From the NCBI GenBank assembly GCA_963772455.1, contig CAVYXJ010000012.1, positions 176,652 to 240,651 of the forward strand: 64,000 bases of DNA, given 5' to 3'. The stretch comes from Candidatus Bathyarchaeota archaeon (lineage in GTDB: Archaea > Thermoproteota > Bathyarchaeia > Bathyarchaeales > Bathycorpusculaceae). The position numbers and the translations under genes were made by a program. This document shows positions 33,584 through 43,821 of this stretch, in pieces (positions within the stretch are counted from its first letter, which is position 1; each line of letters begins with the position of its first letter). The notes under the pieces were generated by a model. That model saw only the letters and a program-made list of their open reading frames with translations. It searched no databases and was not told where the DNA came from.

Positions 33584-34229
33584 TCATTTGTGTTTTTTGT
33601 GGTAGACCAACAAACCAGCAACCAAAATCACTGCAATTAAAACAATGGAAGCAATTACAATTGGCAACGTAAGAAAAGAATCTGGCGTTGGTGGTTCTGC
33701 ACCAGTATTAATGGTTGGAAGATGTGTTAAAGAAGGTGCGGGTGTAGGGCTTGGTGTTGGCAAAACGGTAACTTCTGTTTTGAAATAGACTGTTTGGACA
33801 TCAAGATATGTGTGAATGTGACTTCCTGTTTTGTCCCATGTTTCTTGGGTAAGTGTTAAGAAGACTCTGAGGTTGTGAGAGCCGTTGGAGAGTGCTGGTA
33901 AAGTTGCTGAGCCATCTATGTAGCTTTCAGCTTGATTAAACATGCCAAAATAATGTTGGGTTAAAGGCAGAGCTGTTTTTTTTTGTCCATCTAAACTGTA
34001 TGTCATGGAGTATTTGTAATTGTCCCATATGTCAGCGTGAAAACTTACATTCAGAGATGAGATTTCAAACTTGTAGGTTAGGTTGGATGGAAAAACAATG
34101 TAGGGCCTGTGTAGCGTAGGGTATTCCATATTGTATTAGATTTGCTTCTGAGTTGACAGCTGGAATAATAAATAATAGGCAAGAAAAAAGCAGCAATGAC
34201 AATAGGATTTCTGTTATGATTATTTTCAT
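33584..34229 (-). CDS. surface protein with Ig-like domain and TM anchor; 5' part frameshifted
   Basis: YSLDGQ…L..LSNGSHNL, PT-rich linker, LLVYHKKHK tail. Confidence 0.65.
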
Positions 34230-34492
34230 TGTTTCCCTATAATATTACTACATCAAACTGCTCATAACTCTCCCCAAGGAACAGCTTGTTCCGCTAAAAG
34301 AACGGTCTACAAGACTCTTGACTAAAAGTAGTTAAGAATTCTGGACTAACCCTTTTGCAGTTTTTTACGATACCTTGGAATTGAAGCTTGACAGTTCATA
34401 ATCCCGATATTTCGCAAAGTTTTAAATGTTCACGAGTTCGGTTAGAATGTTATACACCTATTTGGTGTACTAAAATTTTGGAGAAAAGAGAA

Positions 34493-37039
34493 ATGACAAA
34501 AAATAAAACAGCAATAACTATGGCTACCCTACTAATTCTAACCTTCACTATTTCATTAATCGCTCTGCCATCTTCTAACGCTCATACCCCTTCTTGGAAG
34601 ATAGAGACTTGGGCATACATTGCGGCAGCTCCAAACCCTGTGGGCGTTGGCCAAAAAGTGTTTATCAACATGTGGGTTGATAAACCAATGCCAGAAGCTA
34701 CAGTGTTTAATGACATTAGACGACACAATTACCAACTTAACATAACAAAACCTGATGGACAAATACTTAAGCAGACTTTTGACCTCTCAGACACTACGGG
34801 AGTGCAATTCTACACTTATGTGCCTGATCAAGTTGGAGAATACTCTTGCGTTTTCTACTATCCTGGACAAGTTTACACTTGGAATTCTACATCAGCAGAG
34901 AGAGTCTTTACAAACGATGTTTTTCTACCCGCTACTAGCAAAACAGTTACCTTCACTGTACAACAAGACCCGATACCTAATGTTTTATCTAGTTATCCAT
35001 TGCCAACTGAATACTGGACTCGTCCCATTGAAGGAGAAAACACGGACTGGGCTTCAATTTCATCGAATTATCTTCGCGGCGCCCAGATTATTGATGGTGC
35101 ATATCAAAAAGACGGTTTAGCCCCTAACAGCGCACACGTTATGTGGACAAAGCCACTTGATGACGGAGGAGTTGTTGGAGGAACTAACACTGGCATAGAT
35201 GGAATGACTTACTACTCAGGGCTTTCATACGAAACGAAATTCATGGGCACTATAATTATGAATGGCAGACTCTATTATCCGCTATCTCGAAGCAATAATG
35301 GTGCAGGCAACGGATATGCTGTTGTGGATTTGCGAACTGGCGAAGAAATTTACAGGTCAGATATGGCTATGCCTTCTTTTGGTCAGCTTGAATGGTTTGA
35401 TTCAGAAAACCAACATGGCGTAATTCCCAATGGCTATTTATGGTATAGTTCAGGCACTACAAGAATGATACATGACTCACTTGATGGGAAAAATCTATTC
35501 AACATAACTGGTGTTCCTTCAGGCACAATGGCATATGGACCCAATGGTGAAATACTGATCTATGTGCTTAACGTTGCTGGTAAATCGTTGGCTTTATGGA
35601 ATTACACTGCTTGTTTTCCGCCATTAACTGGAACGAGCTCTTCAATGTCTCAGTATAGACCTGTTGGGCAGACGATTAATGGAAGCAATGCATATTCTTG
35701 GAACGTGACAACTTCAGCTTTACGCACGGGTTCAACTATTCGATACACTATCACTGATGATATATTGCTTTTCAGCAACATAGCCACCACATACGCTGGC
35801 AGATACGGAACAAATGATCCCTACACGATGGGTGCAATAAGCTTGAAACCAGCGACCCGAGGTCAAGTGCTATGGATGACCGAGTATGCTGCGCCACAAC
35901 CACAAAATAGCACATTAGGCACAACCAGAGTCTATCTAACAACTGATCCAATTAACCGTGTGATACTGCTGCGAGACAAAGAGACATTGATTAACTATGG
36001 CTACAGCTTAGACAATGGAAACCTTCTATGGACTACAACTCCGCTTCCGCAAGTTCCTGACTGGGAGTATTTTAGCACAAGTGGCTTCACTGCTTACGGC
36101 AAATTCTACTATTCTGGTTACGGTGGAATAGTTTACGCTTTTGATACAAAAGACGGATCAATATTGTGGACTTATGGTAACGGTGGCGAAGGCAACAGCA
36201 CTAACACTGGGCTTCAAACTCCTTGGGGTTTGTACCCAATCAACGTTGGAGCTATTGCGGATGGAAAACTCTACTTGTTCGGTTCTGAGCACTCTCCCAA
36301 CGAGCCAATGTACAAAAACACGTATGTAACATGCATTAATGCCAACACTGGCGAAGAAATATGGCGAATAAAATCGTATGCTAATCCAGGCTCATTTATG
36401 GCACCGGGCTTTGCAATTGCTGACGGCTACATGGCATATCTGAATCTTTACGATAAACAAATATACGTCATGGGTAAAGGTCCAAGCGATACCTCTGTTT
36501 CTGTATCACCGAAGGTTTCAACATTTGGCAGCAGCATAATAATTGAAGGAACAGTCATCGATATTTCTGCGGGAACAAAGCAAAAAGAGCAAGCTGCAAG
36601 ATTCCCACAAGGAGTCCCAGCAGTTTCAAATGCAAGCCAAAGTGCATGGATGGAATACATCTACATGCAAAAACCACGACCAACAGACACAACCGGCGTA
36701 CCAGTTACATTGAGTGTTGTTGACGCTAATGGCAACTACAGAGACATCGGAACAACCACAAGCGACGCTGACGGATTCTTTGCATTCAACTGGAAACCAG
36801 ACATAGAAGGACAATACACAGTTTGGGCTTCATTTGGCGGCTCTGAATCTTATTGGCCATCACACGCAGTAACATCATTTGCAGTCGATCCCGCAGCACC
36901 AACACACGCACCATCTGCAACACCTCAAACAAACCTTGCAACCACAGCCGATCTAATGACGTACTTAGCCGTTGGAGTAGTAGCAATAATTATTGCAATA
37001 GCACTAGTCGGATTGCTTATACTTCGAAAAAAGCCATAA
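34493..37039 (+). CDS. secreted PQQ-like beta-propeller surface protein (paralogue 4, intact)
   Basis: Probable start MTKNK after GGAG; same motifs as paralogues 1-3; RKKP tail. Confidence 0.9.
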   Translation: MTKNKTAITMATLLILTFTISLIALPSSNAHTPSWKIETWAYIAAAPNPVGVGQKVFINMWVDKPMPEATVFNDIRRHNYQLNITKPDGQILKQTFDLSDTTGVQFYTYVPDQVGEYSCVFYYPGQVYTWNSTSAERVFTNDVFLPATSKTVTFTVQQDPIPNVLSSYPLPTEYWTRPIEGENTDWASISSNYLRGAQIIDGAYQKDGLAPNSAHVMWTKPLDDGGVVGGTNTGIDGMTYYSGLSYETKFMGTIIMNGRLYYPLSRSNNGAGNGYAVVDLRTGEEIYRSDMAMPSFGQLEWFDSENQHGVIPNGYLWYSSGTTRMIHDSLDGKNLFNITGVPSGTMAYGPNGEILIYVLNVAGKSLALWNYTACFPPLTGTSSSMSQYRPVGQTINGSNAYSWNVTTSALRTGSTIRYTITDDILLFSNIATTYAGRYGTNDPYTMGAISLKPATRGQVLWMTEYAAPQPQNSTLGTTRVYLTTDPINRVILLRDKETLINYGYSLDNGNLLWTTTPLPQVPDWEYFSTSGFTAYGKFYYSGYGGIVYAFDTKDGSILWTYGNGGEGNSTNTGLQTPWGLYPINVGAIADGKLYLFGSEHSPNEPMYKNTYVTCINANTGEEIWRIKSYANPGSFMAPGFAIADGYMAYLNLYDKQIYVMGKGPSDTSVSVSPKVSTFGSSIIIEGTVIDISAGTKQKEQAARFPQGVPAVSNASQSAWMEYIYMQKPRPTDTTGVPVTLSVVDANGNYRDIGTTTSDADGFFAFNWKPDIEGQYTVWASFGGSESYWPSHAVTSFAVDPAAPTHAPSATPQTNLATTADLMTYLAVGVVAIIIAIALVGLLILRKKP

Positions 37040-37254
37040 AACAAAAAACCCTAAAACAATCTTTCCCCTTTTTTAGTTTAGATTAATGCCCGTTATATGA
37101 TTATTTAATGTTAATAATTTTTTATTCCAAAATTTGAATGTAGAATTTAGGTATCTTGTTTGATATTTTTCCAATAAGTGAGTAGGCTGAATGATAACCA
37201 CACAGTTGCTTTTGACTTAGACAATTAATTTGTCAAATTTCTTTTGCAACAATT

Positions 37255-37755
37255 TCAGGTATCCGAATCATTGTTCTCTATTAGGGCTTTTAGTTCCCTC
37301 TCATCACTTGGCATAAGGATCGTCTTTATGCCAGCCTCTTTACTTTTTTGGGCAAGTCTTTTGTCGCTGGTAATTAGGGCTTTACTGCCATTGTAGTTGT
37401 AGGCTGTTATTTGGAGTGCGTCAGCTTCGTAAATGTGGTAACTCATAATGAGGTCCCATGTGCTGGTGATGATTGATGAATTTGTAGGAGTTATTTCCAG
37501 CGTATTAATGCGCATAAGTTTTAACAGTTCATCAGCAAAAAGGGTTAGAGTTTGCTCAAATTCTGCTTCTGTTAGCCAGCCTCGTCTTCGTTTCTCATCA
37601 AGAACACCCAAAGCTTCCCCTATGTTCCATAGGGAAGTGGCTATCGTTAGTTCGCCCGTTTCTGCTTTGTCGAAGATAACATCAATTGTTTCAGTTTCTG
37701 ATTCGTAAATATATCGCTTGAGAAGCGCGTTGGTGTCAAGATAGAGTTTGAGCAA
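37255..37755 (-). CDS. vapC: PIN-domain toxin
   Basis: YLDTNALLKRY..E, E.LGVL, YEADALQI, TSDKRL. Confidence 0.9.
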   Translation of the reverse strand: MLKLYLDTNALLKRYIYESETETIDVIFDKAETGELTIATSLWNIGEALGVLDEKRRRGWLTEAEFEQTLTLFADELLKLMRINTLEITPTNSSIITSTWDLIMSYHIYEADALQITAYNYNGSKALITSDKRLAQKSKEAGIKTILMPSDERELKALIENNDSDT

Positions 37756-38026
37756 CTCGTCTGTGCCTCATGTCCTTCACTATTTCTTCAGACGCGGGAC
37801 CTCTGAGTTTGGGGCGCAGAGCTTTAATTTCTTGGGAGGATGCAGTTCCTTTTGCCTTGACGCCCATTTTTTTGAATTCTGAAATTATTAGGTTTTGTAC
37901 AATTTCAGCTCGCAGTATCGCTTCAACTTCACTGCTTATTTTACGCATATTTCCGTGCTTTTGAAATACTTGTGCTTTGAAGCTTTCCCATACAGCATCG
38001 TCTATGTATATGCTGACTTTAGTCAA
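37736..38026 (-). CDS. antitoxin (RHH-like N-terminus)
   Basis: Overlaps the PIN gene start; KVSIYIDDAVWESFK. Confidence 0.75.
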   Translation of the reverse strand: MTKVSIYIDDAVWESFKAQVFQKHGNMRKISSEVEAILRAEIVQNLIISEFKKMGVKAKGTASSQEIKALRPKLRGPASEEIVKDMRHRRVAQTLS

Positions 38027-38032
38027 TCCTCA

Positions 38033-38050
38033 ATACCTCTTAAGAGGTAT
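38033..38050. promoter_or_regulatory. perfect 18-bp palindrome, operator candidate
   Basis: ATACCTCTTAAGAGGTAT immediately upstream of the antitoxin start. Confidence 0.55.
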
Positions 38051-38142
38051 ACTGGTAAAGTCTCTTATAATAATGTCGCAAAAAGAGAAAGCTAAACGTT
38101 AGACCTTTCAAGCGATGTTTTAGTTTGCCGGGTTGATTGCTG

Positions 38143-38542
38143 TTAGTATTTTTGAACTTTAAGTCCGGGGATTCTGGCGAAGTCTTTTTCGTTTCTGGTA
38201 ACTATGGTTTCCTCCCCTTTCGATAAAGAAATAGCGCCGATGAGGATGTCTCTGTCAGGAATTATTTGACCTTTCTTTTCTAGAATGCTTAGGATTTCTC
38301 CGAATATTTTTGCGCCTTCTTGGTTCATTTCCAAGATTAGAAAACTGTTGAGAACTGCTGCCACATTTTTCATTTCTTCAGTTATATTTTTGGATTTGTA
38401 GGCACCATAATAGAGTTCGGCAATTGTCATGACAGTTGTCGAAACAATTTCAGTATCGTTTGCGAGTTCGTAGAGTTTCTTTTCTGCATGCTGGGTCTTT
38501 GCGAAATAGATCTGCGAAAAAAGTTGTGTCTAAACAAACTAT
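38143..38542 (-). pseudogene. vapC: PIN-domain toxin with frameshifted 5' end; partner antitoxin reduced to a stub
   Basis: IVCLDTTFFADL (no ATG) joins TIAELYYGA…DRDILIGA…TRNEKDF. Confidence 0.75.
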
Positions 38543-38608
38543 TAGTGAAGTTTCAGCTCCCGCATTCTACCGACTGTTTGGTGAAATATTATGAGAGCTC
38601 AAGAAGCA

Positions 38609-39139
38609 TTATTTTTTTAGATGATAATTGTCTATTTCTATAATTAGTCGTGCAAGTAGAGTTGGTTCTAAACGAAAGCCTTTAGTAACCAAATTTAACA
38701 CCGTTTCTTTGGCCTCAACATCACTGATAATGCCTTTTCTAAGGGCTGATATGATCACGTAAATTGTTCCCTTTACTTTTAGCCCCCAAGCCTGTGCGAA
38801 TGCTCGTCCAGTTGAATCATCCATCAGCAGCAGTAGTTTTGTTTCACGTGATAAGACTATTGCTTGAGCTTCCCCTGAGTGGATTTCAAAGGCGTTTTCA
38901 GAGATCTTTTGAAGTATACTTTGGTCTTTGGAGTTTAGTTTAGAGAGTTTTATCCAACCCTCATTTATTGATTCTTTTATGGTCTGGGCATCTGGGAATC
39001 CATATTGTAATCCTTTTTCTACGGTTTCCTTGTATACTTCTTCAGGTATAATGACTTGCTCAAAAAGTTCTTTTAAGAGATTTATTTTACCTACTTTTGC
39101 TAGCCATATAAGGGGGCTGGCGTCTGAGATTACGGGCAA
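38609..39139 (-). CDS. DUF3368-family PIN toxin
   Basis: ISDASPLI.LAK, IIPEEVY.E, HSGEAQAI, LLMDD. Confidence 0.88.
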   Translation of the reverse strand: MPVISDASPLIWLAKVGKINLLKELFEQVIIPEEVYKETVEKGLQYGFPDAQTIKESINEGWIKLSKLNSKDQSILQKISENAFEIHSGEAQAIVLSRETKLLLLMDDSTGRAFAQAWGLKVKGTIYVIISALRKGIISDVEAKETVLNLVTKGFRLEPTLLARLIIEIDNYHLKK

Positions 39140-39151
39140 GTTCTTTTCCTT

Positions 39152-39451
39152 TTAGGGTTTGAGGTCTTCTTCTAGGTCTTGTTGGGAATATTGCAGTAGG
39201 ATGCCTTTTTCAGTTAAGAGTTTATAGAAGTTCCACAGCGAGGTATTTGCAAGCTGAGCTGCTTTCCAGCCTGTTATTTGCCCTTTTTGATATAGTTCTA
39301 TGGCATTTTCTGTGTTTTTTTCTTCAATGCCTTCTTCTAAAATTTCGCGTATCAAAGTTGATCGGTCTTTTTCTTCTTTTTTGGCTATTTCACGTAGTTT
39401 TTTTGCTGTTTCTTTGGATAGTCTTAGACAGATTGTTTCGGATTCAGACAT
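39152..39451 (-). CDS. UPF0175-family antitoxin with RHH N-terminus
   Basis: DRSTLIRE.L, AIELYQKGQIT.WKAAQLA. Confidence 0.85.
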   Translation of the reverse strand: MSESETICLRLSKETAKKLREIAKKEEKDRSTLIREILEEGIEEKNTENAIELYQKGQITGWKAAQLANTSLWNFYKLLTEKGILLQYSQQDLEEDLKP

Positions 39452-39551
39452 AACCTACACGTAATACATTATATATCAAATGTAATTATTTATGTTTGCC
39501 GCCTTAATGATGGGAAAAAAGATGATAACTCAATATTGAGGCGAAGTTAGG

Positions 39552-39596
39552 TTTAGGTGCTCGCCAACTCCAAGTGTAGGAGAACGTTGAGGGCAC
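39552..39596 (+). repeat. hairpin site H1
   Basis: TTTAGGTGCTCGC-CAACTCCAAGTGTAG-GAGAA-CGTTGAG-GGCAC. Confidence 0.85.
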
Positions 39597-39616
39597 AATT
39601 ATTCGATTAGAACATT

Positions 39617-41209
39617 TTAGAGTTTGAGGGTTTGCATAATTTTTTGATAAACATTCAGGGCACGGCCAAATATTTTGCCAATTATTCCTAATCCACTTGC
39701 CATCGCGGATAGGTTTTCGATATCGGATTTATTCAATGTTTTAGTCAACAGTGTCGCAGCCACAAACGCTATTGCAAAGAATAATGTTCCAATTATTAAT
39801 CGTATGATGCTTGAGAAACCCAACTCATTAACAAATAGATATGTTACGGTGGCTGCTGCTAAGCAGGATATTACAATTTTTGCGGATGACTTCAAATCTA
39901 CAGTTAACCCATAGTTTTTTCTTACCCAAACAACTGGAATGATTGTAGTTACGATTCCTGTTACTAATGAGGTTGTTATGAGTCCTAAAACTCCAAACTG
40001 CATGATTAAAATGTAGCCCAATGGTACACCGATGGAAACTGAGATCAATGTGAGGTATAAGATGAAGGTGGTTTTTCCTTGGCTGCTAAGAAAATTGCTA
40101 ACGCTTAAGCTTCCAAATGCTGGAAAGAAATAGGAAAGCGCAAGCAACGCTAAAAACAGTGGTGCTGAAGAGTAAGATTGTCCAAAAAGGGTTGAAACGG
40201 CTGGTTCAGCTAGGCACATAACAAGTGCAGCTACTGGAATAACAAATAGTGCGCCGTATTTGACTGAGTACTGGAAAACATTTTGCAGGGTTGTTTTGTC
40301 TTTTTGTGGATTGAGTTTGCTAAATGCTGGAAAGAGCATCATGGTGATTGGGGTTGCAAAAAACCCAATTAATACTACAAATGTTGATGCTACTCCAAAG
40401 TTGCCGATTGCAATGTTGTCTGTGACGTAGAAGATTGGAAGTAAAAAAGCGAAGTATTGACCCAGAAAGCCGGCGAGGATTACTGAAATTGATAGGGGTG
40501 CGCCATATGTTAGCATTGATTTTAGGTAGGCTTTGATTTCAAGTTTGAATTCGCCAAGTTTTGGCAAGTGTTTGTATTGGGTCCATACAAGAACTATTCC
40601 CATTAAGCCGCCAAGCATCAAGGAGACTGTGTAGCCAATTATTGCTCCGGATGTGCCAAATCCTAAAACTACTAGTCCTACCATGAGGCCTGTTTTTAGG
40701 AAGGAGTGGAAAATTAGCATAAGGCCGTTGAGTTCGAGTTTTTCTATGCCTGTGAAGGTTGCTGTGGCGGAGTTGATGAATCCGCTGGCTAAGATGGTTA
40801 TGGAGGCGATTTGGATTAATGATGTTAATTCTGGGCGGTGAAAAATGTTCACGGCAAGGTACCCTGAAAGTGAGAAACAAACAGCCGATAATGCAATGCC
40901 AAGGACTACTTCAAAGATTATTCCTGAAACAAGTATGCTTCGAACTTCAGCTGCTCGACCCTCGGATAAGTATTGGGCGGTGTCTCTAACCATTGCAGAG
41001 TTTATGCCCCAATCCCGAAACACTCCAATCAGGGTGGGGGCAACTAACACGATTCCGTAGAGGCCATAAAGGTCTGATCCTAAAAGTCTGGCTACAAAAA
41101 TTGTTGCAACGGATGAAATAACAGTTGAAATCACCAGACCCCAAAGTAAATGAAAACTACCTCTTGCTGAAACCTTCGCCATTTCCGAAGCTTTACTCAT
41201 CCTTGCCAA
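39617..41209 (-). CDS. Wzx/RfbX-type oligosaccharide flippase
   Basis: 530 aa, many TM helices, ARLLG…YGLY, D.GI..AMVR, LFPAFSKL. Confidence 0.88.
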   Translation of the reverse strand: MARMSKASEMAKVSARGSFHLLWGLVISTVISSVATIFVARLLGSDLYGLYGIVLVAPTLIGVFRDWGINSAMVRDTAQYLSEGRAAEVRSILVSGIIFEVVLGIALSAVCFSLSGYLAVNIFHRPELTSLIQIASITILASGFINSATATFTGIEKLELNGLMLIFHSFLKTGLMVGLVVLGFGTSGAIIGYTVSLMLGGLMGIVLVWTQYKHLPKLGEFKLEIKAYLKSMLTYGAPLSISVILAGFLGQYFAFLLPIFYVTDNIAIGNFGVASTFVVLIGFFATPITMMLFPAFSKLNPQKDKTTLQNVFQYSVKYGALFVIPVAALVMCLAEPAVSTLFGQSYSSAPLFLALLALSYFFPAFGSLSVSNFLSSQGKTTFILYLTLISVSIGVPLGYILIMQFGVLGLITTSLVTGIVTTIIPVVWVRKNYGLTVDLKSSAKIVISCLAAATVTYLFVNELGFSSIIRLIIGTLFFAIAFVAATLLTKTLNKSDIENLSAMASGLGIIGKIFGRALNVYQKIMQTLKL

Positions 41210-41347
41210 CTTAACCTAACTTACAAACCACAATTTTTTAAGGTTATGCTGTACACAAAAATAAGTGAAATGCAACACGTACAATTTTGGCGAATATTGG
41301 CAATAAATTTTTATTTGTCGTTTATTAGATAATTTGTCGGTGTTTGA

Positions 41348-41599
41348 GTGTCTGTTGAGGTAGGTAAGTATGGGCGTATAGTTTTGCCAAAGCGGCTCCG
41401 ACAAAAATACAGCATAAATGAAGGCAACAGACTTATCATAACCGAGTACATGGGGCGTATCTGTTTAGTCTCTGTGCAAACCCACAAGAAACCAACTCAA
41501 GCATTATATGGCTCTGTGGATCCATCCAAACCTATCGATGAACCAAAACAGTTGGCGCGAGAATACATCCGAAAAAAACTTGTTGAGGATTATCAGTGA
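41348..41599 (+). CDS. AbrB/MazE/SpoVT antitoxin
   Basis: VGKYGRIVLPKRLRQKY.I.EG. Confidence 0.88.
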   Translation: MSVEVGKYGRIVLPKRLRQKYSINEGNRLIITEYMGRICLVSVQTHKKPTQALYGSVDPSKPIDEPKQLAREYIRKKLVEDYQ

Positions 41600-41997
41600 A
41601 ACGGTTTATAGATACAAACGTTTTCATCTACACCATAACAGCGCATCCACGTTTTGGTAAAATCGCAAAAAATATTCTTGAACGCATCGAAGAGGGCGAA
41701 GCAGCTCTAACCTCCACATTAGTACTGTGTGAAGTAGCTTGGGTGCTAGAAGCAATGGGCAGACAAGGAGATATTAAAACTATACTTGAAAAAATAATGT
41801 CTTACCCGACTCTTGAAATCGTTGAAATCAGTGCAGATGATTTATTGATTGGAGCCAACAACATGACTGCCGAACAAATTGACTTCGACGATGGCGTAAA
41901 CCTTGCATTAATGATGCGACTTGGCATTTTAGAAGTCTACTCAAACGACCAGAAACATTTGGGTAAACTTGACTTTCTGAAATTGATTTTCGAGTAA
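41596..41997 (+). CDS. vapC: PIN-domain toxin
   Basis: FIDTNVFIY, LCEV, DFDD, YSND. Confidence 0.9.
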   Translation: MKRFIDTNVFIYTITAHPRFGKIAKNILERIEEGEAALTSTLVLCEVAWVLEAMGRQGDIKTILEKIMSYPTLEIVEISADDLLIGANNMTAEQIDFDDGVNLALMMRLGILEVYSNDQKHLGKLDFLKLIFE

Positions 41998-42005
41998 ATA
42001 GATTT

Positions 42006-42156
42006 CACCCTGCGATAAATATGGGTGTGCGCGAGAAGCTAAATACAAACTTGGAAACAGCTACTTCTGCGACGACAAGGCAGTGAGTCATTCAAAGAAG
42101 TCGCCAATAAATGCCGTGCAGGAAGGGTTGCAATGATTGAGGATCTAACATTGTAA
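42006..42156 (+). pseudogene. 3' remnant 1 of a primase-helicase gene
   Basis: HPCDKYGCAREAKYKLGNSYFCDDKAVSH matches the C-terminus of 53235-55828. Confidence 0.8.
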
Positions 42157-42355
42157 GATCACAGATAAGAAAAAAGTCTTGAAAATATTCTTAAAAGAGA
42201 ATAATAATTGGCGATAGATTTTTTTGTTAGACAAAAGAGTACCCAAAAAGATGAGCGCTGAATTTTTGATTCTACATTATTCTCTTTTGTGATATGTTGT
42301 TATTTTTTGAACTTACCTTTAATATTTAATATTTAATCATGGTATTTGATTTAAA

Positions 42356-42595
42356 ATGAGCAAAACAAAAGCTCGAAAGCATTCGCCCAAGAGGAATTTG
42401 CCAATTATAAAGTGTGAATGTGGTCACAAGATTCTTTTGATTCCTGATTTGAAAACTATGGGAAGAGCAATTGAAGACCATGCCTTAGAACACAAAAACA
42501 AATATGTTTTAACCAAAGAAGAAACTGAGGATTTCGAAAATGCTTTGATCATTCAGGCTTTAGAGTTGATTTTTTCTAATCAAAAAGAATTCTGA
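42356..42595 (+). CDS. small putative zinc-binding protein, paralogue of 20855..21079
   Basis: LPIIKCECGHKILLIPDLKTMGRAIEDHALEH. Confidence 0.7.
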   Translation: MSKTKARKHSPKRNLPIIKCECGHKILLIPDLKTMGRAIEDHALEHKNKYVLTKEETEDFENALIIQALELIFSNQKEF

Positions 42596-42639
42596 TTTGA
42601 GATTGATATATAGTTAGAATTCATCAGGCTGCTGGAAAA

Positions 42640-42999
42640 ACTGTTCACAAAAATCTAAGCTTCGCTAACGAAAATATTTGCGATGAGAAAAAACCTGCGG
42701 TACCTGCGGTGATTGCGGTGCCCAACAAAAATAGTAATGAAAACAATGGCAAATCTGCTGAGTGGCTAATACCTCATGAACCAATACACTACCACAAACT
42801 GCCGCCAAATGAACCGCATCCATGCGACAAATATGGGTGCCCAAGAGAAGCCAAATACAAACTCGGCAACGACTACTACTGCGACGACAAAGCAGTCAGT
42901 CATTTTAGAGAAATAGCAAAAAAATGCCAGGAAGATGGCTTTGAGCTATTCGAGGACACACAATTTTATGATGAATTCAAACTTCGAGAACACGACTAA
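42640..42999 (+). pseudogene. 3' remnant 2 of a primase-helicase gene, retaining three iterons
   Basis: EPIHYHKLPPNEPHPCDKYGCPREAKYKLG..YCDDKAVSHFREIA; CTGCGGTA/CTGCGGTG/TTGCGGTG at 42695-42720. Confidence 0.85.
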
Positions 43000-43012
43000 C
43001 CATAACAAAATC

Positions 43013-43360
43013 TCATTTAACCACATCTACCTTTTCTTCCAAAATAAATCGGCGATAGTCCTTAAATGAACGTTGAATAGAATTGATGCTTACTTTGAAA
43101 AAACGGCTCACAACGCGTCTTGATACATTGTCGGGAGCACCAAGAATAACAGCACCATTGCATGCAAGACAAGCCTTGATTAAACTGACCTTTTTCCCCG
43201 AAAAGAAAAACCTATCCTTCTTATGAATTAAGTCAATCCAAGAAATAATTTTCACTGCAATTTCTGATGTGAAACCTTAATTTGTTAATTCATCATAAAA
43301 TTCTAGTGGATTAATCCTTTCAAAAGATTTCGTTCGTATGATTTGCATATCTTTCTCCAT
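43013..43360 (-). pseudogene. hypothetical gene with an internal stop; weak resemblance to a cyclin/TFB repeat
   Basis: ATG at 43360 is in frame with ORF 43013..43255 across one TAA. Confidence 0.35.
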
Positions 43361-43592
43361 CAACCCTTAAAGATGCAACCCACAAAAACAAAATATAAGG
43401 TTAAAACCAAAAACACAATATATCTAGAAAAACAACCCCAACTTTCTATTTTGTTGTTAATAATATCAGGTTGTCTTATTGAGATGGCTTAATTCTTTAA
43501 AAAAATATATTGCAATTTAGATGATTGTTGCAGACCCAAAATATTTAAGTAGTACTTTTAATCAAGGTTGTACCTAAAGCTGAGGTTGTACT

Positions 43593-43820
43593 ATGGATGC
43601 TCTAGTTACCCGCAAAGGTCAAGTCACCATCCCAGTTGAATTAAGACGTCAATACAAAATAGTAGAGGGCATGAAATTAACCGTCGAAGATTCCCCTTCA
43701 GGCATAGTTTTCAAAGTTATTCCAAAAATCGAGGACCTAGCTGGCGTTGACGCACAAAAAATCACTATACAAAAAGCTTATGAAATCATAGATAAAATGC
43801 GCTCCCAAGACAGATACTAA
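43593..43820 (+). CDS. AbrB/MazE/SpoVT antitoxin
   Basis: VTRKGQVTIPVELRRQYKI.EG. Confidence 0.9.
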   Translation: MDALVTRKGQVTIPVELRRQYKIVEGMKLTVEDSPSGIVFKVIPKIEDLAGVDAQKITIQKAYEIIDKMRSQDRY

Positions 43821-43821
43821 C

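Noticed and set aside
22949-37039. Diversity-generating retroelement acting on the beta-propeller paralogues
   Set aside because: No reverse transcriptase and no repeat pair differing specifically at adenines.
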